Virus record (IMG/VR): IMGVR_UViG_3300021256_000095
Location: 10,791 to 74,790 of that record
Length of the DNA stretch: 64,000 bases
DNA from: a virus
Taxonomy: Duplodnaviria > Caudoviricetes
Reading direction: 5' to 3' (one strand)
The position numbers and the translations under genes were made by a program. This document shows positions 9,761-17,775 of the stretch, piece by piece. Numbering within the stretch: the first letter of the stretch is position 1; each line of letters starts with the position of its first letter. Under the pieces are notes generated by a model that was not told where the DNA came from, did not search any database, and saw nothing but the letters and a program-made list of their open reading frames with translations.

Positions 9761-9811
9761 TTATTTATTTATGACCCCCTACCCCATTGGATAGGGGGAG
9801 TAACCTTTGTA

Positions 9812-10138
9812 CTACTCGGCAATCACGAACCTTGTAGGGTTCTTGCCCTTAGCTTCTATCTTTGTAACTGTCTTATCAGCTACAAGTGGACGCATAAGCG
9901 CAGAAGCTTTCTGGCAAGAGATACCAATCTCTGTACCAATTTCAGTAGCCGTTCTTGCGTGACCATCTGCAAGTATTGCAAGAATATCAGCCTTGATACC
10001 CTCATTAGCTACCTGAACCTTAGTTGGCTTTGAGGACTTTCTATCAAGAGAAGCAATCATCTTCTCAGCGACCTCTCTCATTTCATCTGTGCAACCCTCA
10101 AGTTCCATTGTCTTTGTAAGAAATTCTCTCTTTGTCAT
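9812..10138 (-). CDS. Winged helix-turn-helix protein, paralogue 1
   Basis: RTATEIGTEIGISCQKASALMRPLV HTH plus wing; clearly similar to 12995..13309. Confidence 0.75.
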   Translation of the reverse strand: MTKREFLTKTMELEGCTDEMREVAEKMIASLDRKSSKPTKVQVANEGIKADILAILADGHARTATEIGTEIGISCQKASALMRPLVADKTVTKIEAKGKNPTRFVIAE

Positions 10139-10564
10139 AATACATCTACCTCTTTCTTTTTTAATATTTTTTATTTGTTATCTTATGTACTTATTATAAC
10201 TCTTTTTTATTTAGTTGTCAAGTATTTTTTTTATTTTTTTGAGATTGTTTGTAATGGGTTTTCTCTATTAACCGCCTTGCAAGGTTTAAATTTCAGTCAG
10301 AGGAGTTTTCCGCACTCACTATTTAAACGCTCTCTTTATCTTTTGTAAGTTCATTATATCATAATGGAAAAGGATTGTCAAGACCTTTTTTCAAATTTTT
10401 TTCAACCTTGTGTGTACCTTGACTTCCTTACGCACTTGACAGGGTTTTGTTGCAAGTTTTACCAGCCTTTTCCTATTTGATAATTAAATTATAACAAAAT
10501 TTTTTAGTATTTGCAAGTACAAGATTTTTAGGAAATTTTGTGCATTTTGCACAATAAAAAAAGC

Positions 10565-10660
10565 TTGACAAAAATGGCGCGGCGGGTGTATAATATTAAT
10601 TTGGCGCTCACTCGGGGTTCGCGCCCGGTCGCCAAAAAAGAGGACTTTAATAGTCCTCTT
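10565..10660 (+). ncRNA. Rightward promoter, hairpin RNA, terminator (unit C)
   Basis: TTGACA 10565, TATAAT 10589; TTGGCG...CGCCAA; terminator AAGAGGAC/GTCCTCTT. Confidence 0.55.
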
Positions 10661-10817
10661 CTACAAAATCTTTTACTTCTATTTTATCTATAATCCCTTC
10701 AACAGCAAGCCACCTTGCAAATTCTAACACTTCGGGTTCATCTGTAATCCAGTTTATTTCTTTATCAGCATACTGTTTTAAACGTAAATCTTTAATAGTT
10801 ACAATTTTAGTATCCAT
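10647..10817 (-). CDS. 56-aa hypothetical protein (not in ORF track)
   Basis: MDTKIVTIKDLRLK...; GAAAGAGAGG RBS and own promoter. Confidence 0.65.
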   Translation of the reverse strand: MDTKIVTIKDLRLKQYADKEINWITDEPEVLEFARWLAVEGIIDKIEVKDFVEEDY

Positions 10818-10870
10818 TTGTTATACCTCTCTTTCGTTTTCCTTTATTGTATCATAGGGTTGATTATTTG

Positions 10871-11029
10871 TCAACTATTTTTATGAATAAAATTCATTAA
10901 TTTTTCTTTTGATTTAACCATTTCATTTATTATACATTGAGGGGTTTGTTCTTGTATGCATTGTGCAATATAGTCATTTAGCATAGTAATAATTATTAGT
11001 TCATCTATTGTATTAAAATCATCTTCCAT
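10871..11029 (-). CDS. 52-aa hypothetical protein
   Basis: MEDDFNTIDEL...; its TGA stop lies inside the next TTGACA box. Confidence 0.6.
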   Translation of the reverse strand: MEDDFNTIDELIIITMLNDYIAQCIQEQTPQCIINEMVKSKEKLMNFIHKNS

Positions 11030-11080
11030 TTTATTATATTTTTCTCCTTTTCTTTATTATACTACATTTGCGGTTGTTTG

Positions 11081-11338
11081 TCAACCGCAATATAGTAAAA
11101 TTATAAAATAAATATTCAGTGCTACACTTGATAAGTGCATTACAAGCCCATTTATGTGGCGGTCAACCGCAAGGTCTTTTATAACACCGATAAACGCAAT
11201 CGCAAGTCCGAACCATGCAATAGACAATCCATAAATCATAATGAGAATTACATTGATTACAGTTATTAAGCACCGCAAGTCATTGTATTCAAATCTGTAT
11301 CTTCCTTCGATTTTAAAAAACTCTTTTACTTTTGTCAT
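11081..11338 (-). CDS. Small multi-TM membrane protein
   Basis: Three hydrophobic segments; RBS present. Confidence 0.7.
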   Translation of the reverse strand: MTKVKEFFKIEGRYRFEYNDLRCLITVINVILIMIYGLSIAWFGLAIAFIGVIKDLAVDRHINGLVMHLSSVALNIYFIILLYCG

Positions 11339-11355
11339 AGGCTTTTCCTCTCTTT

Positions 11356-11523
11356 CTATTTGATACTTATTAAACGTAAATAGTTGTCTTTTGCTCTTTG
11401 TTTGCTTAACTGTCTTGTGTTTTTAGGTAAATGCTTTCTTTTTCTTTCGTTATTATTAAAACTGTTATAATACTTTATTAAAAACATTTTCCTTAATTTA
11501 TGTATTTTCATTTTTGAACTCAT
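11356..11523 (-). CDS. Basic 55-aa protein
   Basis: MSSKMKIHKLRK...; RBS and own promoter. Confidence 0.55.
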   Translation of the reverse strand: MSSKMKIHKLRKMFLIKYYNSFNNNERKRKHLPKNTRQLSKQRAKDNYLRLISIK

Positions 11524-11582
11524 TTTTATTTCCTCTCTTTCGTTTTTCTTTATTATATCACAGGGTTGACTAATTGTCAACC

Positions 11583-11783
11583 CTAAACATTTTTTACTAC
11601 AAGGACAGTTTCCTGAAGTCCGTCATTACTTGCAATATACATTTCAAATTGAGTATCCCATACTCTACCGAGTTTGATGAATGTAACCTGTGGGCTATTA
11701 TCCATCATATCAAAGAAGAGTTTTGCGCTCATGAATGTGTTGTTATTTGCTTTAAGCCAATTCTTAATTTCCCATGTGTACAT
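11583..11783 (-). CDS. Hypothetical protein
   Basis: MYTWEIKNWL...; GAAAGAGAGG RBS. Confidence 0.65.
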   Translation of the reverse strand: MYTWEIKNWLKANNNTFMSAKLFFDMMDNSPQVTFIKLGRVWDTQFEMYIASNDGLQETVLVVKNV

Positions 11784-11905
11784 ACGCTTTACCTCTCTTT
11801 CTTCTTTTCTTGAATTAAGTATATCAAAAAAAGAAGTAAAAATCAAGCCGGAATTTTGCACAAATTTTTAGGATAAAATTTGTGCAAAATTTTTTAAAAT
11901 TTTGC

Positions 11906-12001
11906 TTGACAAAAATCTTGAGCCGTGGTATAATTGAATTTTGGCACAACAGCGCGCGCTGTTGTGCCATGAAAAAAGTCGGTTAAGGAAACTTAACCGA
12001 C
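11906..12001 (+). ncRNA. Rightward promoter, perfect 28-bp palindrome, terminator (unit D)
   Basis: TTGACA 11906, TATAAT 11929; TGGCACAACAGCGCGCGCTGTTGTGCCA 11942-11969; terminator 11978-12001. Confidence 0.6.
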
Positions 12002-12021
12002 CAACCGCATCAACTATTATT

Positions 12022-12198
12022 TTATTCTTCCCAATGTTTTATAAGTTCTAAAGAGCCGTCCTTTTGTATTTCATAATGTTCATATCCAAATTTTTTATAC
12101 TTGACTGGAATTTTATTACACACAAGAATAGGTTCTCTATCTACTTCACATTCCCACGGGTCACTAAGTGGTGTACATTTTACAATTAAATATTTCAT
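12022..12198 (-). CDS. 58-aa hypothetical protein
   Basis: MKYLIVKCTPLSDPWECEVDREP...; RBS and own promoter. Confidence 0.65.
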   Translation of the reverse strand: MKYLIVKCTPLSDPWECEVDREPILVCNKIPVKYKKFGYEHYEIQKDGSLELIKHWEE

Positions 12199-12235
12199 TT
12201 TATTTACCTCTCTTCCTTTTGATAAATCTATTATA

Positions 12236-12421
12236 CTATAATTTCACTTTTGTGTCAAGTGCTTTTCTATAAAAATTATCTAATTCTACAAAAGTCATAG
12301 CGCCATTCAAATAACCTTTTACCATAATTCTAAAATACATAGATATTTTATGATCTTTACCAAATCTATTTTCTATCTCTTGCGTCATCCATTTAGTTAA
12401 ACGTACTCTTGAATTTTCCAT
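12236..12421 (-). CDS. Hypothetical protein
   Basis: GAAAGGGG RBS, 61 aa. Confidence 0.55.
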   Translation of the reverse strand: MENSRVRLTKWMTQEIENRFGKDHKISMYFRIMVKGYLNGAMTFVELDNFYRKALDTKVKL

Positions 12422-12581
12422 TTTTACTACCCCTTTCTTTTGATAAACAATCTCTCATAGTTTGTTTCATTTCTTTATATTTTTTTAAGTAGTAATGTTT
12501 ATTCATACGTTCTTTACTTAATTTATAATATACTTTTGCACTCTTATAATAAACGTAAAACATTAGATATTTATTTGTCAT
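12393..12581 (-). CDS. Basic hypothetical protein
   Basis: RBS and own promoter ~12608-12634. Confidence 0.5.
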   Translation of the reverse strand: MTNKYLMFYVYYKSAKVYYKLSKERMNKHYYLKKYKEMKQTMRDCLSKERGSKNGKFKSTFN

Positions 12582-12726
12582 TTTTATTACCCCTTTCCTT
12601 TTTCTTTATTATAACAAATTTTTATTTTCTTGTCAACTATTTTTGCAATAACTACAGTCAATATTTTATTAACTTTTAAAGCAAAGTTAGAGGAAACGAA
12701 CAAATTTCCGCCGGCTTAAAAAATTG

Positions 12727-12838
12727 TTGACAAAAACTTGTAAGTGTAGTATAATTAAGAAAGCGGCTCTGTTGCGGAAGGGACGCCCGCAACAGAGCCG
12801 ACAAAAAGTTGAGCCAAAGGCGGTAAACCTTTGGCTCA
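12727..12838 (+). ncRNA. Rightward promoter, hairpin RNA, terminator (unit E)
   Basis: TTGACA 12727, TATAAT 12750; 14-bp stem CGGCTCTGTTGCGG/CCGCAACAGAGCCG; terminator 12810-12838. Confidence 0.6.
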
Positions 12839-12879
12839 TTTAGGAAAGGAGGATTTTATATCAAACCTTATCTGTATTA

Positions 12880-12952
12880 GTAGGGTAAAGCGGAATCGAA
12901 CCGCTTATCAGCTCGCAACTTCTTGGAGATTTTACCTTTAAACTATACCCTA
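12880..12952 (-). tRNA. tRNA-like RNA without a canonical anticodon loop
   Basis: Perfect acceptor TAGGGTA/TACCCTA; D arm GTTT-AAAGGT-AAAA; T arm AGCGG-TTCGATT-CCGCT; anticodon arm folds only with a bulge and 4-nt loop. Confidence 0.7.
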
Positions 12953-12994
12953 ACCCCCACCCCAACCTTGCGGAGTGGGGGAGTAACTCACAGA

Positions 12995-13309
12995 TTACTC
13001 TGCGATGTGGTAGGTTGCAGGGTTCTTGCCCTTACCCTCTACCTTTACGACACTCTCAATCTGCTTGAGGAGTGCGGCTACCTTTGCGGTTGAGTAACCA
13101 ACCTCGTCAGCGATTTCCCTTGCGGTCATCGGCTCTGCGCCCATAACCTCAACAATTTTCGCCTTGATACCCTCGTTCTCAATCTGCGCCTTTGTCGGCT
13201 TTGAGGACTTTCTATCAAGACTTGCAATAGCCTTTGCCATTACCTCTCTCTCTTCTGAATCCTCTGCAAACATTTCCATAGCCTTTGTGAAAACTTCTCT
13301 CTTTGTCAT
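12995..13309 (-). CDS. Winged helix-turn-helix protein, paralogue 2
   Basis: MTAREIADEVGYSTAKVAALLKQI HTH; shares MTKRE, IASLDRKSSKPTK, NEGIKA, KGKNP and IAE with paralogue 1. Confidence 0.75.
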   Translation of the reverse strand: MTKREVFTKAMEMFAEDSEEREVMAKAIASLDRKSSKPTKAQIENEGIKAKIVEVMGAEPMTAREIADEVGYSTAKVAALLKQIESVVKVEGKGKNPATYHIAE

Positions 13310-13630
13310 AGTACATCTACCTCTTTCTTTTTATTTTTTATTTTGTAAGTTAATTATAACAAATCTTTTTTATTTTGTCAATAGTTTTTTTATTTTTTTT
13401 CGGTTGCGCAACCTTTCGTTTCGGTTTTGTTTTCGTATAACCTGTGGAAGAATATCCTACCCTGAAGTGCGCCAGTCTGCCATTTTTTTAGTTTCGTATT
13501 GAACTCAGAGTGAACACTGGACTGCTCTAAAGTCAACCAATCTCACGAGTTTGGTAGCCGATGTATGACACAAAACCATACATTGAAGAGTTTTTATGAC
13601 TTTGCTTTGTCATTTTCTATATTTATTATA

Positions 13631-13789
13631 TCATAGATTTTCTAATCTGTCAAGCATTTTTTTAAAATCTTTTTTGATTTTATTTCTTGAGGGGTGTTTA
13701 GCATCTTTATGCACCCTCGTACCTGTATTCATATTGTACCATACTCTTTGACTTTTGTCAAGTAGTTTTTTCTTATTTTTTTCAACCAT
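13631..13789 (-). CDS. 52-aa basic protein overlapping two promoters
   Basis: MVEKNKKKLLDKSQRVWYNMNTGTRVHKDAK...; GAAAGAGG RBS. Confidence 0.55.
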   Translation of the reverse strand: MVEKNKKKLLDKSQRVWYNMNTGTRVHKDAKHPSRNKIKKDFKKMLDRLENL

Positions 13790-14003
13790 TTTTTTATCCT
13801 CTTTCCATTTGGTATTTATATTATAACAAATTTTTATTTATTTGTCAACTATTTTTTTATTTATTCTGTGCTTTTTCGGTTTAGCACAGAGAACCGTGGG
13901 AGGTTCTTGCCTCACTTTCTGATATAATTATAGCAAAATTTTATTTGTATGTCAAGCACAAATTTTGGGAAAAATTTTGGTTATTTTGCACAAAAATTTT
14001 TAC

Positions 14004-14107
14004 TTGACAAAAACTTGGCGGTATGGTATAATGGTAAATTTGGCGCTCGCACGGGGAAGGGCACCCGCGCTCGCGCCATCAAAAAATGAGGGCGGATATC
14101 CGCCCTC
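14004..14107 (+). ncRNA. Rightward promoter, hairpin RNA, terminator (unit F)
   Basis: TTGACA 14004, TATAAT 14027; TGGCGC...GCGCCA; terminator GAGGGCGG/CCGCCCTC. Confidence 0.55.
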
Positions 14108-14307
14108 TACTCTCCAAAAATCTTATCCTGACAAGTAGGACACATACCTGAGACAATGCACTCTCTGTCTGTTGCGGACAGATAAGGGAAAGCATTCTGC
14201 ACAAGTGCGCCACTCTCATATTTTTCAAGGTCAGTCAGATTAACTTCAACTGCCCAACTTTCATTACAAAATACACAATTTCCGATAAGATTAACTCTCA
14301 CTCTCAT
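14107..14307 (-). CDS. Small Zn-finger protein
   Basis: CVFC...CPTC; GTG start with RBS. Confidence 0.65.
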   Translation of the reverse strand: MRVRVNLIGNCVFCNESWAVEVNLTDLEKYESGALVQNAFPYLSATDRECIVSGMCPTCQDKIFGE

Positions 14308-14377
14308 TCACCTTTTCCTTTCTTTCTTTTGATACTCTTATTATATCAGAGGGGTTGAGGTTTGTCAACCCCTTTTT

Positions 14378-14650
14378 TCAAATTTTTTCAAGTATCTCGT
14401 CTGCGGTCAACCAACCTACTACTTCACAAGAGGTTTCCCATTTTGATACTATAGTTCCTGCAATTTCAAGGAGACCACTTTTACAACCATAGCTTCCACC
14501 GTGGATTATAGCATCCCACCTATTATTTTTTTCATCACGGACTAATACCTGACGACCGTCATAAAGGTCACGTATAGTAATATTAAATCCACCCTTATTT
14601 ATAAGACCAACCACAAGCTTATTAAGTTCTTCATAATTATACATAATCAT
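14378..14650 (-). CDS. Hypothetical protein
   Basis: GAAAGAGAGG RBS, own promoter. Confidence 0.65.
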   Translation of the reverse strand: MIMYNYEELNKLVVGLINKGGFNITIRDLYDGRQVLVRDEKNNRWDAIIHGGSYGCKSGLLEIAGTIVSKWETSCEVVGWLTADEILEKI

Positions 14651-14773
14651 TACCTCTCTTTCATTTGTTGTATTAAGTATATCACATAAGAATAATATTG
14701 TCAAGCACTTTTTTGCGGGCGCCCGGTTAAGGTGGCGGAGGGGTCGAGTAAAGACCCCTTAACCGCCCAACCG

Positions 14774-14935
14774 CTACTTAACCTTAGCGAGTTCCCTTAT
14801 TTTTGCCACCCTCTTTGGATTATACTTGTAATCATCTTTTACAATAGGGATAAGCTCTATCTTGTAAATTTTACCCTCAATATCTTTAAGAACATCAGTT
14901 CTCATATTTCCTGCTACATACGTTACTTTTCTCAT
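14774..14935 (-). CDS. 53-aa hypothetical protein
   Basis: MRKVTYVAGNMRTDV...; RBS, promoter and downstream hairpin 14725-14764. Confidence 0.6.
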   Translation of the reverse strand: MRKVTYVAGNMRTDVLKDIEGKIYKIELIPIVKDDYKYNPKRVAKIRELAKVK

Positions 14936-15003
14936 ACTCGTTTCCTCTCTTTCTTTATCTTTTGTAAGTTTATTATAACATATTTTATTCGGGGTGTCAA
15001 GTA

Positions 15004-15252
15004 TTAAATATCATATTTTTTCCCAAATTCCATAGCAAATTTTGCAATTTCGTAACTATGAAAAGGAAGATTTATTCTACTTGCACATTCAAGAAGCCAC
15101 GGAAAAACTTGGTCTATTTCATCACACCAGTTAGATTTTTTAAAGTCTGAAAAGAAGAATCTGCAATCAGGATGTTTGGTACTGCCGCCCCATACCTCAA
15201 AAATAGTTTCTCTCGTTTTAAGATTTGAATATAAAACACAATGTCCTATCAT
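15004..15252 (-). CDS. Hypothetical protein
   Basis: 82 aa, RBS and own promoter. Confidence 0.6.
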   Translation of the reverse strand: MIGHCVLYSNLKTRETIFEVWGGSTKHPDCRFFFSDFKKSNWCDEIDQVFPWLLECASRINLPFHSYEIAKFAMEFGKKYDI

Positions 15253-15346
15253 ATTGTTTACCTCTCTTTCACTTTCTATTGTTATTATATCAGATTATAA
15301 TAGGGGTGTCAAGTATTTTTTTTGAAAAAATGCCCGGTCAAAAAAT

Positions 15347-15378
15347 GCGGACTTGCTTTTTAAACTATGCAAGTCCGC
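15347..15378 (-). terminator. Intrinsic terminator after tRNA-Lys
   Basis: GCGGACTTGC/GCAAGTCCGC stem followed by a U-run on the minus strand. Confidence 0.7.
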
Positions 15379-15418
15379 CAAAGGAAAGAAAGGCATATCA
15401 AATTATATCTACTACGAA

Positions 15419-15491
<73 letters not shown>

Positions 15492-15498
15492 CTATTTA

Positions 15499-15633
15499 TC
15501 ACCATTTTGTGCGGTTTGGTGATTTTCTCTTGCGTTCCTCTCTGAGTTCGTCATACCAATCAATGAACCCAGCAATTCCGCAACCTATAACTACTATACA
15601 ATTAACCATTCCAAGAATTATTATACTATTCAT
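15499..15633 (-). CDS. 44-aa single-TM peptide, upstream of tRNA-Lys on the same strand
   Basis: MNSIIILGMVNCIVVIGCGIAGFIDWYDELREERKRK...; RBS and promoter. Confidence 0.6.
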   Translation of the reverse strand: MNSIIILGMVNCIVVIGCGIAGFIDWYDELREERKRKSPNRTKW

Positions 15634-15689
15634 ACCTTTTACCTCTCTTTCATTTTCTATATATATTATAGCAAAAAATTTTTATTTTG

Positions 15690-15875
15690 TCAACAATTAT
15701 TTTTTGCACCACAATTTTCACAATAATTTGGATATATACCTTGTGTTGACATCATTGACCTGCGGTAATTACAAAATGGACATTCAATTTGCCATGTATA
15801 TGATTGACAATCAATATCAATCCATTTCCCCTCTAATCTTGAGTTTTCAGTTTTATTAATTGTTATTCTTTCCAT
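15690..15875 (-). CDS. Zn-ribbon protein
   Basis: CPFC...CENCG motifs. Confidence 0.7.
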   Translation of the reverse strand: MERITINKTENSRLEGKWIDIDCQSYTWQIECPFCNYRRSMMSTQGIYPNYCENCGAKNNC

Positions 15876-16028
15876 TCTTTTGTCCTCTCTTTCACTTTCT
15901 ATATATATTATAACATATAGGATTTAATTTGTCAACTATTTTTTTCAAATTTTTCAAACAAACAATCAAATAACCGATTGATTTCACACACGCGGATGTA
16001 TCCGTCCCGCCCTCTATCAACTAACTTG

Positions 16029-16490
16029 CTAAGCCATAAGCTTAGCAAGTGTCTTTTCATTTGTAAAGGTTGCACCCTCAAACTTTATTTGATATGCAAT
16101 TCCATTATCCTCTACGTCACCGCCCTTGGTGAATGGTACATTATCCTTTTCCCAAACCTGACCGAACATCTGTTCAGTTACAAGTTTTTCAAAAATCTCA
16201 CCTTTATTATATTTTGAATTTGCAACCATGCTATCAAACAGCTCTTTTGAACATATAGCGGTTGCTTCATATGTCATCAGCATAGTTTTCTGTGACTTGT
16301 TAGGTTTAAATCTGAGACTGAATCCTTGACCTCTTGAAGCTCTATCGAGTGAGCATACATAAGGCATAACTGAAGAATCAGTTATAACAGCCATAATGAC
16401 ACCATTAAAAGCAAATCCGAAGATATACTCATGGGTATAGCTGATTTCATTGTAGCGGTTGATTAAGTTGTTGAAAATTGTTGTATTCAT
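16029..16490 (-). CDS. Hypothetical protein
   Basis: 153 aa, AAGAGAGG RBS. Confidence 0.7.
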   Translation of the reverse strand: MNTTIFNNLINRYNEISYTHEYIFGFAFNGVIMAVITDSSVMPYVCSLDRASRGQGFSLRFKPNKSQKTMLMTYEATAICSKELFDSMVANSKYNKGEIFEKLVTEQMFGQVWEKDNVPFTKGGDVEDNGIAYQIKFEGATFTNEKTLAKLMA

Positions 16491-16689
16491 ATTGGTTTAC
16501 CTCTCTTCCCTTACCTCTTGTATATATGATACTACTTTTGAAGCTGGATTGCAATAGTTTTTTAAAAAAATTTTGTACAAAGATTTAAGACTGTTTTTGT
16601 GCATTTTGCTACAAATTGCACACAATTTATTTTGTGCAAAACAGAGAAATTTTGGGATCATTTTTGTGCATTTTTTTCAAAAAAAATGC

Positions 16690-16993
16690 TTGACAAAACA
16701 TCTGGCGGCGTGGTATAATTAAATTTGGCGTTTTTACAAACGTGAACGTATGTTCATATGTACATATGAATATATACACATATGTGTATATACACATATG
16801 AATGACCGCTCATATGACAACGGTTCCGGGTGTGTCCTCGAACATCTGTTTGGCGCGCAACCGGTTGCGCAAAGTCGAACACCTGTTCAAACAAGTATAG
16901 CGGCTGGCTGGCGATTCGCACAGCCGCCAGCCAGCCGCCCAACGCAAAAAAGCCAGTTGTTCGGCTTTCGCTTACTGACTCTGGCTTTTTTGC
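16690..16993 (+). ncRNA. Rightward promoter and a ~270-nt non-coding, palindrome-rich transcript (unit J)
   Basis: TTGACA 16690, TATAAT 16714; nested palindromes; hairpin 16900-16938; terminator 16944-16993. Confidence 0.55.
16744..16888. promoter_or_regulatory. Three Firmicutes LexA (DinR/Cheo) box-like sites
   Basis: GAACGTATGTTC 16744, GAACATCTGTTT 16840, GAACACCTGTTC 16877 vs consensus CGAACRNRYGTTYC. Confidence 0.6.
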
Positions 16994-17490
16994 TGTCGGT
17001 GGGAGGGAACTTGCCGCCCGACCTGCTCGCACTCTCTGGCGCCCCTTGGTTCCCGAGCTTTGGCGCCCCTTTCGGTACTCTATTCAGCTATTTAATTCGG
17101 TGGTGCTCTCATACTCCTTACCTCACTTTCTGAATTAAGTATAACATACTCGGTTCAGTTTGTCAACTATTTTTTTAAAATTTTTTTGAGTGACCGCCAA
17201 GTCCGAACCTCTTTCAGCTTCATCAGCTTACTCATCACTCTGAGGGCTTTGTCCCTACTTATTTCACTGCTGTTAGCAAGTGCCCCATGTGGGTTACACG
17301 GCTGAAGGCTCTGTCGTTAATTAAAGGTCTTACACCTCGACTTGTGAGGATTTCTCGCCTACCTTACTGCTTGGAGCGGGTTGTACGCCGTGGGTTTAGG
17401 TTTTTCCTTACCTTATGTATTAAGTATAGCACTTAATTTTTAATTTGTCAACTACTTTTTTAATTTTTTTTGATTAGGTAAATGCTTCCT

Positions 17491-17775
17491 TTAGATTTCA
17501 AAGGAAGCATAGCCGAGCTGAACATCAAAGCCTTCGAAGTGGTAGATCACATAGAAGTCACCTTCGTAAGAAAGACATTCTGCTTCGAGCATTTCACGGA
17601 AAGCACCAACCGCTTCTTCATCGTCATACTCACGCTCTACTTCAGACCAATCATCATCGAAACCTTCAAAGTCCTGTAAATCTACGTGAAGCACTTCATC
17701 AGAGAGCCACATTTCAGCATCAGCACCGAGACCTTCAACAACCGCTATCATCATTTCTAAAGACATCATTTTCAT
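17491..17775 (-). CDS. Highly acidic protein
   Basis: D/E-rich ~94 aa, RBS and own promoter. Confidence 0.7.
   Translation of the reverse strand: MKMMSLEMMIAVVEGLGADAEMWLSDEVLHVDLQDFEGFDDDWSEVEREYDDEEAVGAFREMLEAECLSYEGDFYVIYHFEGFDVQLGYASFEI

Noticed and set aside
9677-10033. Plus-strand ORF behind a perfect SD
   Set aside because: TTG is 16 nt from the SD, downstream of a terminator, and antisense to the tRNA-like RNA and the wHTH gene
10538-10554. Rex or CRP box
   Set aside because: TTGTGCA-N3-TGCACAA resembles but does not match TTGTGAA-N4-TTCACAA; most copies have the opposite orientation and longer spacing
9682-12952. Calling the two elements ordinary tRNA-Ile/Trp genes
   Set aside because: Neither has a 5-bp stem with a 7-nt loop and U33; anticodons cannot be assigned
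16750-17138. Three overlapping 92-127 aa ORFs in the track
   Set aside because: No RBS, low-complexity translations, all explained by GC-rich palindromic non-coding DNA
17212-17226. CTGATGA-AGCT-GAAA on the minus strand resembles a hammerhead ribozyme core
   Set aside because: Stem II would be nearly absent and I found no stem III partner ending in UH; kept only as part of a candidate ncRNA
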